Source: a virus
Taxonomy: Duplodnaviria; Heunggongvirae; Uroviricota; Caudoviricetes
Reading direction: 5' to 3' (one strand)
Virus record (IMG/VR): IMGVR_UViG_2896595138_000006
Length of the DNA: 12,498 bases
Shown piece by piece: positions 6,682 to 12,498 of the stretch (its first letter is position 1; each line of letters begins with the position of its first letter). Made by a program: the position numbers and the translations under genes. Under the pieces are notes generated by a model. It made no database searches. It saw only the letters and a program-made list of their open reading frames with translations, and had not been told where the DNA came from.

Positions 6682-6873
6682 GTGGAGGAACGGCGCGTAA
6701 CCTACCGTCGTGAAGGCTACGAATATGATTGCGTGATGCCTGTTTATCAGTTCGACCGTGATTTTTCTCTTGTGCAGGCCGTACCGCGTAACGTGCCCAC
6801 CAGCAGGGAGAAAGCACGCGCCAATATTCAGGAAATAAAAAAGATGCTTAACGTATTCAGGGGTAAAAAATGA
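6682..6873 (+). CDS. Hypothetical protein (63 aa, GTG start), translationally coupled to the primase gene
   Basis: Its stop overlaps the primase start (ATGA at 6870-6873). Upstream Shine-Dalgarno spacing is poor, so the start is uncertain. Confidence 0.35.
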   Translation: MEERRVTYRREGYEYDCVMPVYQFDRDFSLVQAVPRNVPTSREKARANIQEIKKMLNVFRGKK

Positions 6874-8624
6874 AACTGGCACCGAACGTAAAAAAACAGC
6901 CACGCGGAATAAAACACAAAGACACAGAGGTAATTATCTTTGCGGGTAGTGATGCCTGGGCACACGCGAAACAGTGGCAGGAACATGACGCGCGTACAGC
7001 CGGAGATAATGAGCCTCCTGTGTGGCTTGGAGAGCAGCAGCTATCCGAACTGGATAATCTGCAAATTGTGCCGGATGGCAGAAAATCAGCACGCATATAC
7101 AGAGCCGGACATCTTGAGCCTGTAATGATCAAGGCGATTGGTCAGAAGCTGGCGGCGGCAGGTGTACAGGATGCAAATTTTTATCTTGAGGGTATGCACG
7201 GCCAGGAGGTGCAGAACTGGCGCGAATATCTGGCCCGTGAACGCCAGAATCTTTCTGATGGTCTGGTCATTGAGCTTCCGGTAAAGCAAAAGGCGCAACT
7301 TTCGCAGATGGCAGACAGTGAGCGCGCACAGATGCTTGCTGGTCGATTTGATGGCGTTTGTGTGCATCCGGAAAGTGAAATCGTTCACGTATGGCGCGGC
7401 GGGATATGGTGTCCGGTCAGCACAATGGAACTGAGCCGCGAAATGGTGGCGGTTTATTCAGAACACGGGGCCACATTCAGCAAGCGGGCAATTAATAACG
7501 CCGTTGAAGCGTTAAAAGTTATTGCTGACCCGATGGGCGAGCCGTCCAGTGATTTGCTACCGTTCACTAATGGTGTGCTTAACCTGAAAACGGGGGAATT
7601 TTCCCCGCACACGCCGGAGAACTGGATCACCACGCACAACGGCATTGAGTACACGCCACCAGCACCAGGGGAGAATATCCGCGACAACGCGCCAAACTTT
7701 CATAAATGGCTTGATCACGCAGCCGGAAAAGACCCGCGCAAGATGATGCGCATATGTGCCGCGCTTTACATGATTATGGCGAACCGGTACGACTGGCAGA
7801 TGTTTATTGAGGCCACCGGAGACGGCGGGAGCGGTAAAAGTACATTCACACACATAGCCAGCCTTCTGGCAGGGAAACAGAACACGGTAAGCGCTGAAAT
7901 GACATCGCTTGATGATGCTGGTGGACGTGCGCAGGTTGTCGGGAGTCGTCTTATCGTCCTGGCTGACCAGCCGAAATATACAGGCGAAGGAACGGGCATC
8001 AAGAAAATCACGGGCGGCGACCCCGTGGAAATTAACCCGAAATATGAAAAGCGTTTCACGGCGGTAATCAGGGCGGTGGTGCTGGCGACCGACAACAACC
8101 CGATGATATTCACCGAACGGGCCGGAGGTGTGGCACGTCGTCGCGTGATTTTCCGTTTCGACAATATCGTCAGTGAGGCCGAAAAAGACAGGGAGCTACC
8201 GGAAAAGATTGCGGCTGAAATCCCCGTTATTATCCGCCGATTGCTGGCGAACTTTACCGACCCTGAGAAGGCACGGGCTTTACTACTGGAACAGCGTGAC
8301 GGTGATGAAGCACTGGCAATAAAGCAACAGACGGATCCGGTTATTGAGTTTTGCCAGTTCCTGAATTTTCTGGAGGAAGCGCGCGGCCTGATGATGGGTG
8401 GCGGTGGTGATTCAGTGAAGTACACGACCAGGAACAGCCTTTACCGCGTCTATCTGGCGTTTATGGCATACGCAGGCAGGAGCAAACCGCTAAACGTAAA
8501 TGACTTTGGCAAGGCTATGAAGCCTGCCGCAAAAGTTTACGGACATGAATATATTACGCGGAAAGTTAAGGGGGTAACGCAGACTAACGCAATAACAACA
8601 GACGAGTGCGACGCGTTTTTATAA
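6870..8624 (+). CDS. Primase/helicase, phage P4 alpha-like (D5-N-type plus SF3 helicase domain)
   Basis: 584 aa. Walker A motif ATGDGGSGKSTF and the surrounding pattern (IVLADQP, VLATDNNP) match the P4-family primase C-terminal helicase domain as remembered. The N-terminal 200 aa are consistent with a Toprim-like domain. Followed by the iteron cluster. Confidence 0.88.
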   Translation: MKLAPNVKKQPRGIKHKDTEVIIFAGSDAWAHAKQWQEHDARTAGDNEPPVWLGEQQLSELDNLQIVPDGRKSARIYRAGHLEPVMIKAIGQKLAAAGVQDANFYLEGMHGQEVQNWREYLARERQNLSDGLVIELPVKQKAQLSQMADSERAQMLAGRFDGVCVHPESEIVHVWRGGIWCPVSTMELSREMVAVYSEHGATFSKRAINNAVEALKVIADPMGEPSSDLLPFTNGVLNLKTGEFSPHTPENWITTHNGIEYTPPAPGENIRDNAPNFHKWLDHAAGKDPRKMMRICAALYMIMANRYDWQMFIEATGDGGSGKSTFTHIASLLAGKQNTVSAEMTSLDDAGGRAQVVGSRLIVLADQPKYTGEGTGIKKITGGDPVEINPKYEKRFTAVIRAVVLATDNNPMIFTERAGGVARRRVIFRFDNIVSEAEKDRELPEKIAAEIPVIIRRLLANFTDPEKARALLLEQRDGDEALAIKQQTDPVIEFCQFLNFLEEARGLMMGGGGDSVKYTTRNSLYRVYLAFMAYAGRSKPLNVNDFGKAMKPAAKVYGHEYITRKVKGVTQTNAITTDECDAFL

Positions 8625-8636
8625 TTTTTTGTAATT

Positions 8637-8855
8637 GCTGTCTACCTGAGCAAAGGAAAATACATTTAATTCAGTACATTAAGTTAGGTAGACAGCTTTT
8701 TTTTACTGTCTACCCACTATCTACCCTCTCTACCTGATTTTACCTGAATCAGACAGGGAGGTAGACACGGGGTAGATAGTGGATAAAAACACTCTACCCC
8801 GCTGAAAGCCGCGCCATTACTGGCATGAGGGCCAGCAAGGTAGATAAGGTAGACA
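8637..8855. repeat. Iteron cluster, probable replication origin (ori/crr-like): about 10 copies of the octamer TGTCTACC / GGTAGACA and close variants
   Basis: TGTCTACC at 8639-8646 and 8707-8714; TATCTACC at 8718-8725; TCTCTACC at 8727-8734; GGTAGACA at 8687-8694, 8760-8767 and 8848-8855; GGTAGATA at 8771-8778 and 8839-8846; partial copies at 8738-8744 and 8793-8799. An 11-bp perfect inverted repeat (8637-8647 / 8686-8696) flanks an AT-rich 38-bp spacer and is followed by a T8 run. The octamer resembles the P4 alpha-binding repeat TGTTCACC. Confidence 0.65.
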
Positions 8856-8902
8856 AGGGGAGGCACAACTCAAAACTTTTTAAACGAGGGGTAAAAATAA
8901 AC

Positions 8903-9064
8903 ATGCACACTTCAGGAAAATTTAATAAATCACTCAAAAAACGCAGAGACAGAACAGAACCGAAATATCGCGCGTTAGACATGACAGAGCACGCTTTAAA
9001 GGTGGCAATCAGAACGATAGACCGCCACGCGGGGAAGGATACGCGAAGGAACATCCCGACCTGA
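8903..9064 (+). CDS. Hypothetical small basic protein (53 aa)
   Basis: ATG at 8903 with GAGGGG about 12 nt upstream. Lys/Arg-rich. The 5' part of the longer ORF in the track overlaps the iterons and was trimmed. Confidence 0.3.
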   Translation: MHTSGKFNKSLKKRRDRTEPKYRALDMTEHALKVAIRTIDRHAGKDTRRNIPT

Positions 9065-9176
9065 TAAGCGCATTCATGACCACAGCAGCGGCAAACTTTG
9101 CCACGCTGACAGAACGGGAGATTGCCGAAGCGGAACAGGTAACAACCATCAACGTTAAAACCGGAGAGGTGGAATC

Positions 9177-9587
9177 ATGACAGCACAGATAGCAGCTTAC
9201 GGACGGTTGGTGGACGACCCGCAGGTAAAACAGACCAGCAAGGGCACACCGATGACGCTGGCGCGTATGGCGGTATCGCTGCCATGCAGCCAGGCACAGG
9301 ACGGACAGGCGACGTTATGGCTATCGGTGATGGCATTTGGTAAGCAGGCCGACTTCCTGGCTAAACATCAAAAAGGCGACGTTGCCAGCGTATCCGGCAC
9401 GATGCAGGTCAGCCAGTGGACCGGACAGAACGGGGAAACGCGGCAGGGTTATCAGGTTATTGCCGACAGCGTAATCAGTGCCCGAGCGGCACGCCCTGGC
9501 GGGAACAGACGCAAAACCACAGGCACACAGGGTAATCAGCCACCAGCGGGAGACGATGACCCCTACGGTGATGATATTCCGTTCTGA
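9177..9587 (+). CDS. ssb: Single-stranded DNA-binding protein (SSB), phage/plasmid type
   Basis: 136 aa. OB-fold pattern (G.L..DP.V.......P..LA......WLSVMAFGKQADFLAKH.KGD...V.G......W....G..R.G) followed by a Gly/Gln-rich linker and the acidic tail DDDPYGDDIPF characteristic of SSB. Shine-Dalgarno GGAGAGGTGG upstream. Confidence 0.85.
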   Translation: MTAQIAAYGRLVDDPQVKQTSKGTPMTLARMAVSLPCSQAQDGQATLWLSVMAFGKQADFLAKHQKGDVASVSGTMQVSQWTGQNGETRQGYQVIADSVISARAARPGGNRRKTTGTQGNQPPAGDDDPYGDDIPF

Positions 9588-9595
9588 ACGCACAG

Positions 9596-9617
9596 GCCGG
9601 AGAAAATCCGGCTTTTT
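9596..9617 (+). terminator. Rho-independent terminator after ssb (GCCGGA-gaaaa-TCCGGC followed by T5)
   Basis: Stem 9596-9601/9607-9612, T run 9613-9617. Confidence 0.6.
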
Positions 9618-9623
9618 GTACCC

Positions 9624-9667
9624 AAAAAAAGCCCGATAAGTACAGGAGGAAGCTTATCGGGCTTTTG
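9624..9667. terminator. Second, probably bidirectional terminator (A7, 11-bp perfect stem AGCCCGATAAG / CTTATCGGGCT, T4)
   Basis: Stem 9630-9640/9653-9663 with a 12-nt loop, an A run on the 5' side and a T run on the 3' side. Confidence 0.5.
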
Positions 9668-9740
9668 CTTACGAGGTTAACAGCATGGTGACTACTGTTG
9701 TCGTAAATCATTTCATAATTTGCAATGCAACTCAATTCTA

Positions 9741-9797
9741 TTGCACAAAATGCAACTATGATTATAATTATAACTGGATGTACATCCAGTTATAATT
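9741..9797 (+). promoter_or_regulatory. Promoter of the head module (TTGCAC 9741-9746, 16-bp spacer, TATAAT 9763-9768) overlapped by a 32-bp perfect palindrome operator (9766-9797)
   Basis: AATTATAACTGGATGTACATCCAGTTATAATT is perfectly self-complementary about the 9781/9782 centre and overlaps the -10 hexamer and start region. Direct repeats TGCAACT lie at 9725-9731 and 9751-9757. Confidence 0.5.
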
Positions 9798-9824
9798 TTT
9801 TAAGTCGAAAAGGAATTTCTGACT

Positions 9825-10031
9825 ATGACAGAAGAGAAAAAAGGCGGGGTGACAGTTTACATAAGCCCCGATATCGTGGAGGCGCTCAAGGAACGCCACC
9901 AGCAGAACGTAAAAGCGGGCATTGCGGCAGGACTTGATCCGCTGGCGATGGTTGAGCCGTCAACAGGCTGGCAGGTACGCGCCTATTTACGTGCGGCGCT
10001 TGGCATGAATCAGACTCATGAGGGTGAATAA
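9825..10031 (+). CDS. Hypothetical protein (68 aa), first gene of the head module
   Basis: AAGGA lies 10 nt upstream. Stop overlaps the capsid gene start (TAATG), suggesting translational coupling. No recognisable motif. Confidence 0.5.
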   Translation: MTEEKKGGVTVYISPDIVEALKERHQQNVKAGIAAGLDPLAMVEPSTGWQVRAYLRAALGMNQTHEGE

Positions 10032-11086
10032 TGGCAGACAAAGCAACGGCACTTAACACTAACCAGCTTTTCGCGTACCTGAATCGCGGGGATATCCCGG
10101 AATTTAAATTCAGTCCGCTGTTTACCACGCTGTTTTTCCCGAAAGTAGCAACCTTCAACACACAAGATGTCATGCTGGATACCCTGGACATTGAAGAAGT
10201 CACCATGTCGGCGTTTTGTTCGCCTGTGGTGGGTAGCCAGGTTCAGCGTGATAAAGGGTACGAAACAAGCACTATCCGCCCTGGCTACATGAAACCCAAA
10301 CACGAAATCGATCCATCAAAAACCATCATGCGCATGGCTGGAGAAGATCCGGCACTGCTTAACGACCCCACCTGGCGACGTATGCGCCTCATTACTGGCA
10401 ACATGCGCCGCCAGATAAACGCCATTAAAGCGCGTGTGGAATGGCTGGCAGTGAATGCGGTCACGACCGGAAAAAACATCATTGAAGGCGAAGGCATAGA
10501 ACGCTATGAAATCGACTGGAATATGCCGGCAAACTGCATTGTCCATCAGGGGCCAGGAAAAAAATGGTCTGAGCAGAATAAAGAGACGCATGATCCGACA
10601 GATGACATCGAGCTATACGCCGAACAGGCCAGCTGCCCCGCCAACGTCATGATTATGGGCGCTGACGTATGGCGCACCTTACGTAGCTTTAAAAAATTCC
10701 GCGAGCTGTACGATCTTTCCCGTGGTTCAGAATCCGCCGCAGAGCTGGCGTGTAAAAACCTGGGCGAAGTGGTGAGCTTTAAAGGCTATCTGGGTGATCT
10801 GGCCCTTATCGTCTATTCCGGCAAATACACCGACAGCGACGGCACCGAAAAATATTTCCTTGAGCCTGATTTGCTTGTCCTGGGCAACACCAGCAATAAA
10901 GGTCTGGTGGCCTATGGCGCGATTATGGATCCGGAAGCGGTAAGAACGGGCGCAACGCAAAACATGTACTACCCGAAAAACTGGATTGAGAGCGGCGATC
11001 CGGCGATTGAGTACGTGCAGACGCACAGCGCACCGCAGCCGGTTCCGGCAGATATCCGCAAATTTGTTACTGTGAAAATTGGTTAA
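10031..11086 (+). CDS. Major capsid protein, lambda gpE-like (Phage_cap_E family)
   Basis: 351 aa. Multiple blocks align by eye with lambda gpE: FKFSPLFTTLFF, PGYMKPKHE, HDPTDDIELYA, LRSFKKF, LGEVVSFKGYLGDLALIVYSGKY, LVLGNTSNKGLVAYGAIMD, YYPKNWIESGDPAIEY and QTHSAPQP. Shine-Dalgarno GAGGGTGA upstream. Confidence 0.9.
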   Translation: MADKATALNTNQLFAYLNRGDIPEFKFSPLFTTLFFPKVATFNTQDVMLDTLDIEEVTMSAFCSPVVGSQVQRDKGYETSTIRPGYMKPKHEIDPSKTIMRMAGEDPALLNDPTWRRMRLITGNMRRQINAIKARVEWLAVNAVTTGKNIIEGEGIERYEIDWNMPANCIVHQGPGKKWSEQNKETHDPTDDIELYAEQASCPANVMIMGADVWRTLRSFKKFRELYDLSRGSESAAELACKNLGEVVSFKGYLGDLALIVYSGKYTDSDGTEKYFLEPDLLVLGNTSNKGLVAYGAIMDPEAVRTGATQNMYYPKNWIESGDPAIEYVQTHSAPQPVPADIRKFVTVKIG

Positions 11087-11097
11087 CGGGAGATTCT

Positions 11098-11401
11098 ATG
11101 GGCACTCCATATGTTGAGTTATATGCAGGCACACAGCAGGTTGCCACGACGCTGGTACATTTTTCCGCTGATGCTGGCGGACAATGGCGAGTTTAAGGCG
11201 TGGGATGGTCAGGAATCTGGCAAGGCTGTTTATCTGACGGCGTACCCCGTGGACACGTCAAAGCAGAAATCAGCACAGTGTTACAAGACGGGGATATTTA
11301 ATATCGCCGCCGTTAACTGGCCCGAGAGCGTCGACACCGACGCGAAAAAATGCGCCGCTTTTGCGGGTTCTGGCGTATCCGTTCAGCCACTGGTGCGATA
11401 A
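11098..11401 (+). pseudogene. Head decoration protein, lambda gpD / phage 21 SHP-like, with an apparent +1 frameshift in a T5 run (11160-11164)
   Basis: Shine-Dalgarno GGGAG lies 6 nt before ATG 11098, and that frame stops at 11194-11196. The gpD-like sequence continues in the +1 frame to TAA 11399-11401 (PLMLADNGEFKAWDG...YKTGIF...WPESVDTDAKKCAAFAGSG versus lambda PLMLDTSSRKLVAWDG...YKSGTF...WPEAASDETKKRTAFAGTA). Deleting one T from the T5 run gives a continuous 100-aa gpD-like ORF. Confidence 0.6.
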
Positions 11402-11413
11402 GCAGGGGGAACG

Positions 11414-11827
11414 ATGGCAATCAATGAAGCTATCATGGCGCTACCGCTGGCGAGTAAATTTAAAGCCGAAGCGCGGGCAATGGCGGACAGAGGTTTATCA
11501 ACCTACGAGGCTATATATCAACTTAACAAACTGGAAGAGCAGGACAAGCCGCGCACTGATGCGATTATGGCGCTTCATGAATCTGACGACTATCAGCCGC
11601 TGTTACGTGCAATGGCAAACGTGCCATGTATTAGCGTCGATAATGCCCGGGAAATCCTGAACATGACCATAGAGCAGGAACGCCCGAAGGTTGCGCCGGA
11701 GCTTACCGCAGCCTTTGAAAACTTTATGGACATGCACAGCCCGCAGGCCGTAAGCCCTGGCATGGCATACGATGGCAGATATCAGGGTGATGACGGCGAA
11801 ATCGATCGCATACTGAAAACCATCTGA
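11414..11827 (+). CDS. Hypothetical acidic protein (137 aa) in the head module
   Basis: Shine-Dalgarno AGGGGGAA upstream of the ATG. Followed directly by a strong terminator. No recognisable motif; predicted largely helical. Confidence 0.6.
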   Translation: MAINEAIMALPLASKFKAEARAMADRGLSTYEAIYQLNKLEEQDKPRTDAIMALHESDDYQPLLRAMANVPCISVDNAREILNMTIEQERPKVAPELTAAFENFMDMHSPQAVSPGMAYDGRYQGDDGEIDRILKTI

Positions 11828-11833
11828 GAAAAG

Positions 11834-11857
11834 GCCGGAGAAATCCGGCTTTTTTTT
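11834..11857 (+). terminator. Rho-independent terminator (GCCGGA-gaaa-TCCGGC followed by T8)
   Basis: Stem 11834-11839/11844-11849, T run 11850-11857. The stem sequence is nearly identical to the terminator at 9596-9617. Confidence 0.65.
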
Positions 11858-11932
11858 GCGGGTCCTTCCGGTGGGGTGGCCTGCCACGGGGCGGGAGCGG
11901 CGCAGAATTTCACTATTTATGAAAATTTTTCG

Positions 11933-12035
11933 GAAACCATGTCCGGTTTCTCTGAAGGTTAACCATTTGAAAAATATAGAAATGCGCTTTCTGCGAACCG
12001 GACATGCGCAAAAATTGAACACTCAAACCGGACAT
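11933..12035. promoter_or_regulatory. Three copies of an 11-bp motif AAACCGGACAT (one inverted) upstream of the last gene
   Basis: ATGTCCGGTTT at 11939-11949 (inverted, inside the GAAACC-N6-GGTTTC dyad 11933-11950), GAACCGGACAT at 11995-12005, AAACCGGACAT at 12025-12035. The last two are 30 bp apart. Confidence 0.4.
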
Positions 12036-12113
12036 ATATGCCGCGTTTCATAAAGTTGTTCGCAAGATGCATGTTTAAAACGCATGAGGGGAGATTTTTG
12101 GGCGAGGTGAACA

Positions 12114-12498
12114 GTGGCTACTCAGACTGAAGTTGCCAGGCATTTGAGTCTGACCGATCGCCAGCTTCGCAGATTACAGAAATTGTTCCCCCATCACTAT
12201 GGAAACCATAACCATGACCGACGCCGAACTACTGAAAGTAATCCGCCGTATTACCGGAATCTGTCAGGCAACAGGCAAACAGGTGGCCACGCAGCCGGAC
12301 AGCGTCACCGCTGAAAATTACGCGCGTGTGGTGGCTGAGGTGATGCGCCGTGACGGTATTGAGCTTAACGGCGTGGATATGCGCAACATACGAACAAGAG
12401 TCCTTGAGTTGCTGGCATATCGTCGCCGTTCTCAACAACGGAGGGAGAGCGCGAAAAATACTTACCAGTGGAGGAAGCCGGAGCACTTACGGCGGTAA
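12114..12498 (+). CDS. Putative HTH-type DNA-binding protein (possibly small-terminase-like or a regulator), apparently frameshifted at a C5 run (12188-12192); alternatively an independent ORF 12214-12498
   Basis: GAGG lies 6 nt before GTG 12114. The N-terminus ATQTEVARHLSLTDRQLRRLQKL looks like a helix-turn-helix, but that frame then becomes low-complexity and stops at 12314. The +1 frame (12199-12498) reads as a normal protein and ends exactly at the window end. Deleting one C from the C5 run fuses the two into a ~128-aa ORF. Confidence 0.4.

Noticed and set aside
7086-8425. Several minus-strand ORFs (77-219 aa) inside the primase/helicase gene
   Set aside because: Antisense to a strongly supported 584-aa gene; low-complexity translations without ribosome-binding sites.
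8637-8855. Possibility that the repeat cluster is a CRISPR array
   Set aside because: Repeat units are only 8 bp, occur in both orientations with irregular spacing and without unique spacers of uniform length. The pattern fits replication iterons.
8794-9054. 86-aa minus-strand ORF across the origin and small basic ORF
   Set aside because: Overlaps the iterons, hydrophobic low-complexity translation, no ribosome-binding site.
9076-9180. 34-aa ORF overlapping the ssb start
   Set aside because: No Shine-Dalgarno sequence, very short, and its frame is open far upstream without a start codon; probably the ssb leader.
9321-9735. Minus-strand ORFs (90 and 86 aa) antisense to ssb and across the terminators
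   Set aside because: Antisense to a well-supported gene, and they run through terminator hairpins.
11111-11401. 96-aa ORF in the track treated as an intact gene starting at ATG 11111
   Set aside because: Its N-terminus (MLSYMQAHSRLPRRWY) is not protein-like, and the good ribosome-binding site serves the ATG at 11098 in another frame. Interpreted instead as the downstream part of a frameshifted gpD-like gene.
11856-12053. 65-aa plus-strand ORF after the head-module terminator
   Set aside because: Begins inside the terminator T run and covers the AAACCGGACAT motif array. Arg-rich translation; more likely regulatory DNA.
1-12498. tRNA or tmRNA gene serving as the integration site
   Set aside because: No cloverleaf-like candidate spotted by eye in intergenic regions. 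The attachment site is expected upstream of the truncated integrase, outside the window. Absence cannot be proven without tRNAscan-type analysis.

Overview
This 12.5-kb window reads as most of an integrated, mosaic phage-satellite-like element from an enterobacterial (E. coli-like) genome, entered inside its integrase gene. All family assignments are by eye from motifs and remembered sequences; no database search or folding was run.

Left to right:
- 3' 264 codons of a P4-type tyrosine integrase, then an AlpA-family regulator.
- An intact IS4 copy (1527-2952) with imperfect 18-bp terminal inverted repeats and a 13-bp target-site duplication.
- A leftward Arc-like ribbon-helix-helix gene, divergent from a rightward promoter carrying TGTGCGCACA palindromes.
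- A long leader with an intrinsic terminator, then two tandem paralogous icd-like small ORFs. In each, the Shine-Dalgarno sequence can pair with a co-varying upstream leader segment.
- An IS110-family element on the minus strand: a 398-aa recombinase plus a ~230-bp structured 5' flank (candidate bridge-RNA region).
- Small ORFs translationally coupled to a P4-alpha-like primase/helicase, followed by a cluster of about 10 TGTCTACC/GGTAGACA iterons (probable replication origin).
- A small basic ORF, an SSB with the DDIPF tail, and terminators.
- A head module behind a promoter with a 32-bp perfect palindrome: lambda gpE-like major capsid gene, gpD-like decoration gene, unknown ORFs, and a final HTH-type gene.

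Two adjacent genes (gpD-like and the last HTH gene) appear frameshifted at homopolymer runs (T5, C5); this is either sequencing error or decay. No rRNA, tRNA or CRISPR array was recognised.

The most interesting aspects are the combination of a P4/PICI-type integration-replication backbone with lambda-type capsid genes, and the RNA-based-looking immunity region.
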